Source: Elsinoe ampelina
Taxonomy: Eukaryota
Length of the DNA stretch: 61,820 bases
Direction of reading: 5' to 3'
NCBI GenBank assembly: GCA_010093995.1
Contig: ML992502.1
Span: forward strand, 1,520,635-1,582,454
Position 1 is the stretch's first letter, and each line of letters starts with the position of its first letter. Shown here piece after piece: positions 13,451 through 27,430 of the stretch. The translations under genes were made by a program, and so were the position numbers. The notes beneath the pieces were generated by a model. That model saw only the letters and a list, made by a program, of their open reading frames with translations. It searched no databases and had not been told where the DNA came from.

Positions 13451-13675
13451 ACAGGGTTAAAACCTGTACTAGACTACGTTAGGGAGTCCTTGCTTAATGC
13501 ACTAAGCAACTAGTCTTTTACGCTTTATACCGCCTCTACTAATCTGTCTAGAATCGGATAATAAAGGGGATACGGAGGAGTATACCAGGGAATCCGGCCT
13601 AATTTTGATAAAGCAGATACTTAACTGCTTTATATATAATCCTATACTAGTGCTATAAGCTCCGGGCTTATAACC

Positions 13676-13877
13676 TGTTAAGCGGAAGGCACGTTTAGGG
13701 GTGGAGTATTATATAGAACCAATCCGCACACTAGTTAAGTAATAGACGAGTTAATTAATTAAGGAGTCTATCTACCGAAGGAAAGAACAGCTATAAATCC
13801 CTAGGACTTAGCATTATATAACCTGTAGTTATGTAACCTTCGGGCCTAATCATCTAGAGAGAGCTATATTCTTAGCA
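13676..13877 (-). repeat. Copia-1 5' LTR
   Basis: Direct repeat of 8624-8825, adjacent to the PBS-like motif. Confidence 0.95.
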
Positions 13878-13882
13878 GTTAC

Positions 13883-14840
13883 TATAGGTTCCTAAGAAGC
13901 TAGATTACTAATAGGGGTACTCTATTTAAGTCTAAATTTTAGACGTTTCTCTACTAGAGATAGAAGGTCTAGAGATACCTCTCGATAGTATTCTACTCTT
14001 AAACTAATAGCGCTACGGAGAGGTAGAACTAGATAATTAAATAGTACCTAAGAGTGTTTATTAATTTCTACTAAGATAACTAGCTATACTAGCTATATTA
14101 GGCCGAGTTTTTCTATAATAGCTCCTATAGCGCGTCGCTAGAGGTAAGCCTACTCTACTACATTTACGGAATAGTTCTATATCTCCTTAACAACGTTAAG
14201 ACTAACGCTATAGAGAAGAAAGTAGCTCTATAACTACTAGAAGCACTAGTAGTAGAAGTAAGAGTAAAGGCTCTATAAGACATAAGAGAAGAACTTAAGT
14301 AGTATAGACTTAATACTATTACGTAGTAGAAGGTGTACTATAATAAGAAGTACTAGCTAATAAGGTTTAAGAAAGGCTAAGAAGTTATACTAAGTACTAA
14401 GAACCTCTAGTCTCTCTAGCTAAAGAAGAAGCTAGTAGTAAAGTTTATAGATCTATTTACTATTACTAAGATAGTAAGCTACTAAGTATACTAACTTAAC
14501 CTTCTAGTATATATAAAATCGATTTACTCGACCTTTTATATATCTCTCCTTAAGGCTTATTAACAAAGTAATAACGTTACTTTACTACTAGTAGAGATTA
14601 AGGAAGAAGAAAAATACAAGGTTAAAGAGGTAGTTAATAAGAGCCTTATTAGAGGTAAGACTTACTATAAGGTACTCTAGAAAGGCTATTCTAAAGAGAA
14701 AGCTAGCTAGGAGCTAATAGAGTATCTACGGAATACTATTAGCAAAATTAAGAACTTTAAGAAGAAGAGCCTTATTCTAAGTATAATAGCAAAGTAATAC
14801 TATATTAAGTAAAAGGCTTATAAGGCTTAAAGAGCTTAAA
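13883..14840 (+). pseudogene. Gypsy-1 pol part 3 (integrase core, GPF/Y module, chromodomain)
   Basis: De-RIP motifs YGFPRSWITDRGTLFKSKFW, STAFHPQTDGATERQNQ, KFIGPF, and chromodomain YEVEEVV...YKVLWKGY....SWE (~14613-14715). Confidence 0.9.
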
Positions 14841-14949
14841 CTTACACTATAGAGAAAGAGAGAGGTAAGAGAATAGTATAAGATTAAGATTTAAAAAAGT
14901 AAGTCTATATTATAAAAAAGTATAACGTTAGCTTAATAATATATCTCTA

Positions 14950-15560
14950 ATATAACACTAGTAGATTATAAGAGGTCTATCTTAACTCTATCCTCTAAAT
15001 CTTTAGGCTTATCTAGCTCTACTAGCTTAAGGACAAGATCGCTACGTAGGGACTCTATTATATCTTTATTAGACTCCTAAACATAGATAGTAGTATTAAA
15101 GGCACGCTAGGTCGAAATAAGACTCTTAATAAGTAGAGTATAAGAGATGTTATACTACTATAGATTAGCTATTATAGTAACGACATAGAATAAAAACATA
15201 TAAAGACATATTTAGTATAGAAGTATTAATAGAGGTAGTAGCGGAGAAAAGTGCCTATATCGTTATTATAAATATATTAGAACTAGGCCTACTCGCGGTT
15301 AAGGTATATAGTAGTCTAGCGGCAAATATAAGACTTATACTAATAGTAGTATACTAGCGTAGCATAGTTAGAAGAGGTCTAGAACTATAGAAACTTAGGC
15401 TTAGAGCTCTTACTATAGTTATAGTTATAGTTACTAGAGAAGTCTCTACTAAATCTAAGATAGTATATCGCCCCTATAATAATATTAGTAATCTCTAGAG
15501 ACTTAAAGGACATAGCGTAGCTAGAGTTATTAATCTAATTAGTAGAGATATAGTAGGTTA
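14950..15560 (-). pseudogene. Antisense accessory ORF remnant in Gypsy-1 3' region (Cys-rich on de-RIP)
   Basis: Codon-structured minus-strand stretch convergent with pol, with repeated tat/tac codons that revert to Cys. Frame and introns uncertain. Confidence 0.4.
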
Positions 15561-16148
15561 TAATACTATAGGATTCTAATATTATAGTATAGAAGTTAAG
15601 TAGATAGAGAGAATAAAAGATCTAAGAAGATTAAGGAGAAAAAGAGAAAAGATAGTATATATATATTACTTCTCTATTATCTAAACAATAATACTCTTCT
15701 TAATAATATCTACCTTAACAATAGACCCTTAATAATATAATAATACCTAAGGGGATAATAGGCCCCTAATAAAGGAGCAAGGGTAATCTAAGAGCTATAG
15801 CTTTACTAGGGGCTAAAAAATAAAAGACTTAGATAAAAAGAAGAAGTAGAAAGTAAAAAACTCTATAAACTCTAAAAGACAAAATCTATCTCCTATAGCT
15901 CTAAGCTATTACATCGACTAAGGAACCTATACTTATACCTAGAAACCTAAAGACTATACTAGTAACTACTTTAACTCCTTAAATCTCTTAAGCTCTACTA
16001 GTAGTACTACTAGAGGCTAGCGTAGTAGCGTAGGCAGAAGCCTTCCTAGTAGGCTAGGCGCTAATAATCCTTACTAATAACTCGTTAGTCTTTTAGCTAC
16101 TAGTAAGTAAGGTAGCAAAGTTCTTATAAGTCGTAGATAAATCGTTAT

Positions 16149-16349
16149 TATTAAGAATATAGCTCTCTCTAGATAATTAGGCTATAAAGTTATATAACCT
16201 TAAGTTATATAATGCTAAGGCCTAGGGATTTATAGCTGTTCTTTCTTCTAGTAGATAGACTCCTTAATTAACTAACTCGTCTATTACCTAATTAGTATAC
16301 GATTAGTTCTATACAATATTTTACCCCTAAACGTGCCTTCTACTTAATA
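16149..16349 (+). mobile_element. Solo LTR of the Copia-1 family
   Basis: Reverse-complement match to 8624-8825 over ~200 bp. 5-bp TSD GTTAT at 16144-16148 and 16350-16354. Confidence 0.93.
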
Positions 16350-16442
16350 GTTATTAGAGTTAGATTCTTCTCTCTTTCTCTTCTTCTTAGCAGAAATATA
16401 TTTAGCCTTAAGAGTAGTAATATATTCTACTATTGCAGCGTA

Positions 16443-16629
16443 TATAAGGGCTTAGTATTAGAGCGGTACTTAGTAGCGGCTAGTTCCGCTTACGTAATGT
16501 ACTTAAATATCCTACGTAGCACTTACGCCCGGGGCTTAATAGTAATTAGTTCTACTACTAATAGACTATTTAGTTAGATAGGCGTTCTCTATATTACGAC
16601 ATATATAGCTTTAATATAAGGCTTTAACA
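16443..16629 (+). repeat. Gypsy-2 5' LTR
   Basis: tataagggcttagtattagagcgg...ggctttaaca, repeated at 54746-54932. Confidence 0.92.
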
Positions 16630-16729
16630 GTTCTAATTACTCTCCTATAGTTATAATCTATTAGACTCTATAGACAACTAGAACTCTATTAGTAAGGCGC
16701 CTATACCTTATATAAACAATATTATAGAG

Positions 16730-19700
16730 ATAGACTCTATCGAGTAGACTCTCCTAGAGGAAGAAGAAACTCTCGTAGAGTAGCTACTACACCTACGTAC
16801 TAAGCGTAAGTATTTAAAGCTAGAGCTTAAGGCTTAGAGCCTCGAGGAAGAGATTAAGTAAATACATTATATATACGATATAGAATACTACTAAGGAGGC
16901 TTTAACTATAGCTTACGTACTTCTACTAAGCCTATAGTAAGTAACGCTAGTATATAGAGTATATATAGCAGTAGTAGACTATTTATAAGGCTATTCTCTA
17001 GATAACCTCGACTAAGAGAATCTTATCTCTATTAGAGTAAGACTCTAAAAGAGGTAAGATCCTTCCTAAAGAATCTCGAGGTTATCTTTACTCTAGCCTC
17101 TAAGGCTTACTCTACTAACTAGTAGAAGGTGCTATATAGAGTTATATTCCTTATAGGTAAGCTAGATAAGATATAGTACTACTACTATTACGTAGATAGC
17201 CTAGAAGACTATATATAGAAGTAATTCTACTAGTTTATATAGGATATAGTTAATAACTCTATTAACCGTAGAGTACGTATAACTCTCGTATATAAGAGTA
17301 CTTAATAATATAAGGGCTAATCTATCTAGGTCTTCGCCTTAGAGCTTACTACCCTCGAGGAGTAACTAGCTCTCTACTCTAAGAAGTAGAAGGTATACTA
17401 CCTCCTTACTAAGCTATAGCCTACGCTACGTACTACTATTATTAAACACTATACTATTCTAGCTATGCGCTAGGAATTAGTCTCTTTAGGCTTATATATC
17501 GAGTCTATAGACTATACTAGTAGTAAGCGCACTATATACGAAGATAAAAGTAACTACCTACGTAAGTATAGTAGTTATAGTAGCCCCTAAGAAGAATACT
17601 ACTACTAGTCTAGTAGTAGCTCTTAAGCTCGCTATAAGTATAAAGCTACTAACTTACCTACTAAATAGTTTAGTAGGTAGAGGAGTTTCTCCGACAAGTA
17701 GAAGAAGAATACTAAGTACTATAGCTATAGTAAAACTAGTTATATTAAGCTAGAGTATAGGTCGAGGCACTTATAGAGAAACTACAAGTTATAGGTAGTA
17801 CGCTAGGTTACTACTAGAGACAAGGTTAATAACTCTAAGCTAGTAAACTCTAAGGGCTTAGCTAGGGAGCGTAACTAAGCTCTTCTTCTCTTCCTGTCGA
17901 CACTTACCTATTACTACTCTATTATAGTACTATTATAGCACCTATAAGGCGCAAAGACTATATGTTTCTTATAGACAACTATATAGAAGTTAATCTTATA
18001 TCTTAGGTATTTACCCTTTATTACGACTTGCTAAGGGTTAAGTATACTTAGTATCTAAGTATATTTTCCTTTATAAGGTAAGCTAGATTCTACTACGGTA
18101 TATACTAGCTTTATATATGTCTAGTAGACTTCTATAGTAACCTTAGGGAGACAATTAGCCTCTTCTACGCTATAGACTTAGGACTAGGCTCTCTAGTTAT
18201 CTTAGGGCGCCTATAGTAAAGAAGATAATATATAATTATAAATAGCGCTATAGATAACTAGTTATATAGCTACTTCTTATATATAGTTTACTTACGTAAA
18301 CTAGAAGACTTTATAAAGAACCTTAAGAATAAGCTAAAGGTATATACTATAGTATAGACTCCGTCTAAGGAGAGCACTTATACTATAGGTAACTTAGCTC
18401 TTTCGCTAAAGTTCGTAGAGTTCTTTAATATCTTTATATATAAGGACATTACTAACTTATTACGCCTACTAGGCGTAGAGTATATAATTAAGCTAGAGCT
18501 AGGTAAGAGGCCTTTGTTCTAGCTCTTATATAATCTCTTAGTTAAGAAGCTTAAAGTGCTTAAGGACTATCTTAAGACTACTTAATTAAATAGGTAGATT
18601 AGGCGCTCTATAAGTAAGGTAGGTACTTCTATCCTATTTATGCCTAAGAAAGATAGTAATTTACGCTTATATATAGATTATTAGGGCTTAAACGAGGTAA
18701 CTATTAAGAATTACTACTTGCTTCTACTTATTAGTAAGATGCTTAATTAGCTTAGGTAAGCCTAGTAGTTTTCGAAGTTAGATCTAAAGAATGTCTACTA
18801 TAGGATCTCTATTAAGCGTAGCAACGAGTAAAAGACTATATTCTATATATACTATAGCTATTTTAAGTACTTAGTTATACCTTTTAAATTAACTAATGCC
18901 CTAGCTACCTTCTAAGCGTATATTAATAAGGCGCTAGATAGGCTAGTTAATACTATCTATATTATTTACCTTAATAACATTCTTATCTATAGCAATTTAA
19001 GGGAGAACTATATATATTATATTTATAAGATTCTAGTAAGGCTATAGAAGTTTACTTTATATACTAACCTTAAGAAATGTAAATTCTTTACTAAGGAGAT
19101 AGAATTTCTTAGCTATATTATCTCTACTATAAGCATCTCGATAGATCCTAGTAGAGTAACTATAATTAAGAATTAGCCGAGGCTAAAGAGTTATTATAAG
19201 GTCTAGTAGTTTACTAGCTTTATAAACTTCTATTATTACTTTATATAGCACTACTCTAAGATTATTACCTCTCTCTCTAGCCTTCTTAAAGGCTTAGTTA
19301 AAGGTCGTAAGTATAGCTCTTTTATATAGGGCATAAGCAAATAGTAAGTATTTAAGGACATTAAGAACGCCTTTATACGTGCCTCTATCCTTCGTTACTA
19401 TAATTCTATACTGCCTCTATATATTAAAAGCAATATATTAAAGTTTATAGCGGCGGCAATTCTATCCTAGCTATTCGATAGTACTTAGTACCTAATTACC
19501 TTTTAGTCGAGGAAGTTTATCCTAGCTAAGTATAATTACGAGATATATAACTAAGAGCTATTAGCAATTATATATACATTTAAGTAATAGTAATACTACC
19601 TCGAAGGTGCCTTATATATAATTTAAGTACTTACTAACTATAATAATCTCTAAGGATTTATAAAGCTAAAATAGCTAAATAGCTAATAAGGTTACTAGGC

Positions 19701-21480
19701 TACCTTCCTTGCTACTTTTAACTTTATAATAGAGTATTAGCTAGGCATAAGGAACCTAGCTAATATACTCTCGAGGCGCCCTAACTACGTAGTAGAAAAG
19801 TAAGAGGTATTATATCTCCTTTCTACTCTTTAGAATAAGCTTTATATATAGGACTAGACTACTAATGTTAAGGAAGCTACTCTGCTTATTAGATATATCT
19901 ACGCTATATGTAAGGCTACTCTAGAATAGGCCTAGGCCGCCTATATACTATATAGTAGCGACTTCTTTTCTAAGAACTCCTAGAGGCTTATAACGACCTA
20001 GTAAGTTATAGTTATAGCAACTATAAGGGAGAATCCCTTTAAAGATCTATTTACTAACCTAATATTAGTAGTAGAGCTACTATAAGGATAAGACTCTAAG
20101 ATTATAAAGCTATATTTATAAGTAGGAAGTAGTAGAGATAAGAGTAGAGCGCTATAGAATATATAAGATAATTTTCTCTTCTATAAAGAGTTACTAGTTA
20201 TTCTAAATAATAGTACACTTAAGGTATAGGTACTATATATATACTATAATAGCGAATAGACTAGTTACTTCGGTAAGAATAAGACGCTTAAACTTCTCTT
20301 ATAGAAGTACTTCTAAGTAACTATAAGAAAAGACGTTAATAACTATATATAGTTATACTAAGTATACTAGAAATATAAGGCGCGCTACTATTGCCTCTAT
20401 AGCGAGCTACGTATACTACTAATGCTAGACTACCTATAGTAAGAAATTATAATAGATTTTATTACTAACCTACTACTAAGTAAGTAAGGTAGTAGCGTCT
20501 ATAATATAGTACTAGTAATTATAGCCTATTACACTAAGATGTTACTATATGTCTCTACTACTAAGAAGTATACGTCTATAGAGCTAGTAGAGATTCTACA
20601 TAACTACGTTATTTACTATTATAGTGTCCTAAGGGGAATAGTAAGTAATTAAGGATCGGTCTTTACTAGCTAGTTCTAGAGTAAATTCTATTACGAAACA
20701 CGTATAAAGCGTAGGCTTAGTATAGCCTTTTACCCGTAGATAGATAGCTAAACTAAGTAGTAAAACTAGACGTTAGAATAGTACCTAAGGTACTACTATA
20801 TAGAGCTATAGAACAACTAGGCTAAATATCTATTATAAGTAGAATTTGTAAGTAATAATAGCATTTATACTACGCTATATATAAGCCTCTTCTAAATAAT
20901 ATATAGCTACTATCTAGAGTTAGAGGTAATAGCTATTAAGTCTTAGGACAAGACTTTAGAGAGAAGAGTACTAGTAGTAGTAGAGTTAGTATAATACTTA
21001 TAAGATACATATACGAAGCTAGTAGAGTAATAGAAAGAGGCTTCTACCTACTAGGCTAAGTACTATAATAGGAAGTATATACTAAGGATATATAGCATAG
21101 GTAACTTAGTACTACTCTTAGCTAAGAACTTATAGCTATCTATACTAAAGAAGAAGATAGAACTATAATTCCTTAGCCTATTCCGTATACTTAACGTAGT
21201 TAGATCGTAGGTATATTACCTAGCTTTGCCGAGTTAGTATTATATCTATAATGTCTTTTATATATCTCTTCTTAAACTATAGATAGATAGAGCTAGTAAG
21301 GAGCTAAAGAAGAGTATACCTCTCGCTAACGAAGTAGATAAGTAGATAGTAGAGAAGATCCTAGGTAAGAGAACTACGAAGAGTAAGGTATTCTACTTAG
21401 TAAAGTAGAAGGACTAGCCTATTAAGTTTAATAGCTAGGAATCTAAAGAGAATTATATAAATATAAGAGAGCTAATTACT
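16730..21480 (+). pseudogene. Gypsy-2 gag-pol (RIP-inactivated); chromodomain cut by Gypsy-3, tail resumes at 28510
   Basis: De-RIP gag knuckle KCYGCGKTGHIKPEC (~17714-17760), RT YLDDILIYS (~18967), RNase H, integrase HHCC and FHPQTDGQTERQNQ (~20730), chromodomain W.VEKILG...YLVKWKDWP..F.SWEP (~21340-21445). Confidence 0.92.
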
Positions 21481-21998
21481 TGTTACGAACTAGTAGGACA
21501 GCTAAAGCGTAGGGACGTTAGGACTAATTAAACTACTAAGGTTATTACGTAACCTAGCCTAACGTTTACCTAGTTCTCTATCTTCTCTAGCAGCTCTACC
21601 CCGGGGACTATAGAGTACGTAGGTTACTAGCGGACGTATACTCTATATTGCCCCCGACTCTTACTATAGAGCATATAGAGCATATAGAGTACATAGTAAA
21701 GAACATATATATATAGGAGTAGTCCTTACCTTATATAAGTACTATAGTTAACCTCGTCTAGATAGCGAACACTAGTATTGCTAAGGCTAGCCTTTATAAT
21801 ACTATCTAATTGTACTTTATTATCTATAAGACATACCTTCTCCGACTCTTACCTTAGTACTATACTACTATAGAAGTAGAACTACCTCGTTCTTAGCTTA
21901 GCTTAGACTACTAGCGTAGGCTATATTTAGACGGTTCGTAACATTTTAACTACCCTTACTATAGTATAGTACGCTACGAGGTTAATAAGTAACTCTTA

Positions 21999-24051
21999 CT
22001 CTAAGTTACTATTAGTATCTTTAATCGCTAGTAAGCTAGAAAAGCTTACTATTAACGATATGTCTACTACTAGTTTAACCTCGGGCGAACATAGAAGGTC
22101 TTTTAGTATAGAAGGATAGAGTAAGCCTAAGTTAGAAGTAGAACTCTTCTATAGGAACTACGCCTACTTAAGGCGCTTCCTTATTTAACTTAAAGCCTTC
22201 TTCGCTCTAGAGAGAGATAAGTACGCTAACGACGTAGTAAAGGTCTTCTATACTAGGATATACCTTAAGGGCGCTACCTTCGGGTAGTTCGAGCCTTATA
22301 TAAGTAGCTACCTAGATAGATAACTAGGCCTAGATACAAAGGCTATCTTTAAGAGCTTTAGCATCTTCTAGGCAAAGATTAAGCAAGTCTTTAACGTATC
22401 TAATAAGGAACGCGTTGCTATAACAAAGATCCGACAACTATAACAACGTAGGTCTATAGCCTAGTACTATTCCTAGTTCTAATAACTTGTAATATATCTA
22501 GACTAGGACGATAGTACTAAATACTTAGCATTCTATTAAGGACTAAGCGACTTAGTTAAAGACTAAATAATACCCGAGCTACCCGATAGCCTTTAGGAAC
22601 TAGTAGACACTATAATTACTATCGATAACAGACTTTACAAACGACGTATAGAACGTTATAGAGGATATAAGGTAAATACTAGATATATACGTTCCTCTCG
22701 AAACTATAGAGACCCTATAGAACTTAATACTATATACGAAGGCTGCCCCTTATAGGTATAAGGCTATAGCTATAGAGGAAAGTTCCTTAGTAGAAAAGAG
22801 AGAGAGAAGTATAGATAAGACAATCTATATTTTAAGTATAAAAGACCTAGGCATCGGGCTAGGGACTACCGATAAGAGGCACTAGCCGATAGATTACATA
22901 TAATAGTTGCTAGGCTAGTAGAAAAAAAGGCTAACACTACTATAGAAGACCTAACGACCTTTAGTGTAGGTAAGGAAATATAGAAGAAGTCTATAATAAC
23001 TCGAGAGATAGTAGAATTCTCTCTAGATGTTATGCTTAATATCTCTACAATCGATAGTAAATAATAAAGCTAATACGCGACGCTATTATAGATAGTATAT
23101 TACGATAACTCTTGTTATATTTACTTATTAGATAAGTAGGAATCTAGTTAGTTCCTATATAAGCTATCTAAGCGTAGGTAACTAACGAAATAGCTAGACT
23201 AGGAACTTAACCTAGAAGGGCTCCCTATAATTAGTAGTAATAGTAACTAACCTTAGAAGGTAGTTAGCGACAATTACTAATATACGATTATTAAGACAAA
23301 GTATTAGGACGTAAGTACTATACAATAATATAGTAGCTTTACCTTTAGCCCTTACGGCGTACTATAAGGAAAGGTATATTATATGTCGCTCTAGAAATAT
23401 ATAAATCTAAATTACAAATAGTACTATACTATCTACTTATACGACGTACTTAGAGAAGATACTATTAGTCTTAAATATACTACGGACTTCTCGGTAATCG
23501 AAATAGATAGTACTATTCTCTATAGCTAAGTAAGAGAATATACTTAGTATAGCCTTACTAACTATAACTATACTAGGGGTAGTAGCGACGAAGAGAAATA
23601 TAACGAAGAATATACCGAATAACTATAATATAACAATACGGATAAGAACTTATCTAATAACAATAATAACGACGACGATATGCTACTACTAGGCAAACGA
23701 CTTAAAGTATACCTTATAGAGATATAGAGGAATTATATAATAATATATACCTACTACTAGAATAAGACACGATAAGACAAATCTATATAACTTATTTTCG
23801 TCTTTAATACTAATGCCTAGCTACACCTAGAAGGAATAGTTATACTAATATAGGTATATAATACTACTTAGTACAACTAGTAGAGAATTATTAGACTTTA
23901 TAGTTACTAAGGGACTTAGGCGCTAGAAGTTTACCTTACTATGTTAAATAGCGACAAAATACAACTTGCCTAATAGATATAGTACTAATAGTAGATACGT
24001 ATAGGAAGGAATTAGCTACTTATCTAAGGAGCTATAATGACAAAAAACTAG
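21999..24051 (+). pseudogene. Gypsy-3 gag with long C-terminal extension
   Basis: ATG at 21999, capsid-like region, knuckle CFKC.RPGHRARDC (~22827-22870), then an H..L.W..CYDD.C..H motif (~23075-23125) and an acidic tract (~23580-23680). Ends at AAAAAAC-TAG. Confidence 0.8.
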
Positions 24052-24090
24052 CTAGTTGTCGCCTAATAAGGTAAGACAACAACACTAGCT
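24042..24090 (+). promoter_or_regulatory. Putative -1 ribosomal frameshift signal (gag/pol) of Gypsy-3
   Basis: Slippery heptamer A AAA AAC (24042-24048) directly before the gag stop, followed by an inverted repeat gttgtc...gacaac. Confidence 0.7.
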
Positions 24091-27000
24091 AAAGCCTTAA
24101 CATAATAAAGATCTATATGTTAAACTACTTTATACTAGAAGTCGAAATATAAGGGAGTAAGGTAAGAGCAATAATAGATTTAGGAGCTAACTATAGCTAC
24201 GTCTCTATAATAGTTACTAATTAGCTTAAACCTTATTAACACTAGAAGGAGTTACCTTACCTACTTACTATAGTAGATAGAACCTCTATAGGGAAGGACG
24301 GGAAAGTTACTTAGGAACTATAAAATGTTATAATTAAAATTAGAACATATATAGAAAAACGATTAATCGATATAGTAGACATATAGTATAATATAGTACT
24401 TAGTATAGACTAGCTTTAATAACATAATCTAGACGTAGACTAGATTAAAGGAACACTCGAATTTCCTAAGTATAATTATAAAACGTAGAGAGTTTAATTA
24501 GCTCTATAGATACTAACTATAAAGATAGTATAGGTACGACTAATAGTTAGGGCTATTACTAGCGTAAGTAATTAAGTACTTCCGCTAGAATATAAAGACT
24601 TCGAGGACTTATTTAAAGAAAGAGAAGGCATCGTAGCCTTATTCTAATATAAACTATAGAATTACGAAATACTCTTTAAAGAGAGTAAATCCCCGATATA
24701 CTATTAAGGTCTTATACTACTATTAAAATAAGAGAAGAACGTCCTTAAGAACTACATCGATAAGTACTTACTTAAAGGATTTATACGACTATTAAAATTA
24801 CCTATTACATACGGAGTGCTTTTTATACCTAAAAAGGATAGGATATTATAAATATATATTAATTACTAGAAACTTAATACACTTACTAGGAAGAATCGCT
24901 ATCCTCTACTAAGGATCGACGAACTTTAAGACCGACTACTTAGAGCTAAATAGTTTACCGTAATTAACATTAGGGACGCCTATTATTAAGTATAAATAAA
25001 GAAGGGCAAGGAGTAGAAGATAGCTTTTAGGACGTAATAGAGTCTATATAAGTACCTCGTTATGCCCTTTAGGTTAACTAACGCTCCTATAACTTTCTAA
25101 GAGTTAATTAATAATACTCTATAAGAATACCTTAACAACTTTGTCTTAGTATATTTAGACAATATTATTATCTTCTTAAAGATGTATAATAAACATATAG
25201 GACATATTCGTAAAGTACTATAGAAACTAAAAGAAAAAGACTTACTAGTAAAGCTCTCTAAGTACAAGTTTTATAAACATAAGATATAATTTCTAAGCTA
25301 TATTATATCTACTAACAGTATCGGACCTAACCTAAAAAAGATTAAGTTAGTAAATAACTAGCTAGAACCTACTACGGTTAAGGAGGTTTAAGTGCTACTA
25401 GAGTTCTTTAACTACTACTATAAGTTTATTAAAGGATTCTCTAAGGTAGCTACGCTAATATCTAACCTTATAAAGAAAGAAACTAGATTTATCTTCGATA
25501 AGAAATATAGGTAGGCCTTTAAGAAGCTAAAGCTTAGACTTATAATAGTACCTATCCTAGCACTCTTCGACCTAGACTAATAAGCACTACTAGAAACAGA
25601 TGCCTTGGACTTTATAATAGAAGCATATCTAGCGTAGAAGGACGTAGAAGAATAACGCTACCTAATTGTATACTACTTACGAAAAATGACTAGACTTAAA
25701 CTTAACTACGATATATACGATAAGGAGTTACTTACGATTATAGAGGTATTCTACGAATAGAGAGTATACCTAGAAGAAACAACCTTACCTATATAAGTCT
25801 ATACCGACTATAAGAACCTATTATATTAGATAATAACTAAGGTTCTTAATAGACGATAGGTTCGATAGTTAGAAACACTTATAAGCTATAACTTTTAGAT
25901 CTACTATATTAAGGGATTAGAGAACGGTAGAGTAGACGCTCTTAGCTAACAACTAGATTACTTAAAGAACATAACAATAATAGAGGCCTCTATACTAAAG
26001 TAGCAAGATAGCGCTCTAGTCTATAAGCACCTAAAGGTAGAGTAGTTATATAGCCTTACCTAGGAGCTTACGTAAGAATAGAAGAAAGAAGTTATTTAAA
26101 TATACTATAATAACCTAATAGTAGAGTATAGTAGGATCGATAAGACTATTAAACTTATTATATAAAACTACCTATAGAAAGAACTCCGAAACGATGTTAA
26201 GATATATATCGCCGTATACGATACATACTACAAGTCTAAGCACTTACGACATAAGCTATACGGCCTATTATAACCCTTACTACTACTAGATAAACTATAG
26301 CAATTAGTTACGATAGACTTTATAGAACCTTTACTACTATTAGAAGAACCTCTTATAGGTGTAAAGTATAATAGCATCCTAGTCCTAGTAGATAGATTTA
26401 TAAAGTATTACTACTTTATACTATATAAGATAATAGTAACTACCGAGGATATAGCCTTTGCCTTCCTCTAAATAATTGTTTTATAATATAGAGTACTACG
26501 AGACCTAATAACTAATAGAGATAAGCTATTTACGTTACAATTCTAGTAATTATTTATAGACCTACTAGGAGTTAAACATAAGCTATTAACCTTCTTTTAT
26601 CTACAAATAGACAGACAAACTAAATAGGCAAATTAAGTACTAGAGTAGTACCTACGATGCTACCTAAACTATAAGTAAGACTTATAGGCGACACTATTAC
26701 TACTCGTAGAGCTCGCTATTAATAATAAAAAGTCAGCGAATAGAATTTTACTATTCTACGTAAACTATAGAATATACCTGGATCTACACTATAATACACT
26801 TAGAATTAAGCTAATATCTAAGGACACTAATATACTAGTAGCTAACATTAAGAAACTATACGACTAGCTATACTAAGATATAGTATTTATATTACAAAAA
26901 ATAGTAGAGTTTACTAACTAGAAGAGAATTATAGGACTAATTCTATAGGAGAGGGAGAAAGTTTACCTCCTTAGTAAAAACATTAAAACGAAACGACTAA

Positions 27001-27430
27001 GTAAGAAACTTAACTATACTAAACTAGGACCCTTTAAGATCCTAGAAAAGAAAAATAAGAACGTATACAAACTAGAACTACTAAGATATATAAGAATCTA
27101 TCTAGTCTTTTATATATTACTACTAGAGAAAGTACTATAGAATACTATACCTAGACCTATCGAACTAGATAAAGAAACATAGGAGCTATAGTATAAGATT
27201 AAAAGGGTTTTACGTTATAAACTTATAAAAGAAAAACGCTACTATCTTATTTACTAGAAGGGATATTAGTATAGCGAAGTAATATAGGAACTAGAGGAGC
27301 ACCTTACCTCGTAAGTAATCCTAGATTACTAGATTAAGAACCTATCCTAAGTAAACTAACTAGACAGACCTAGCACTCTAAATACTAAACAAAAACAAGA
27401 ACGCCTAAGGAAGATTACTTAACTAATAGA
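24050..27430 (+). pseudogene. Gypsy-3 pol (protease, RT, RNase H, integrase, chromodomain)
   Basis: De-RIP motifs AM.DSGA (~24170), YLDD (25152-25163 tat tta gac aat), ETDALDF, NYDIYDKELL, integrase, chromodomain YLIHWKGY...E..WEP (~27240-27295). Confidence 0.92.

Larger units (their letters stand above)
8624..13877 (-). mobile_element. Copia-1: full-length Ty1/Copia LTR retrotransposon (5254 bp)
   Basis: 202-bp LTRs TG..CA at 8624-8825 and 13676-13877. 5-bp TSD GTTAC at 8619-8623 and 13878-13882. PBS-like ggttataagccc (minus strand, 13664-13675). Minus-strand motifs LWHRRFAHL (~11730-11755), KARLV (~10245-10260), VY(V)DD (~9865-9880), in integrase-before-RT order. Confidence 0.96.
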
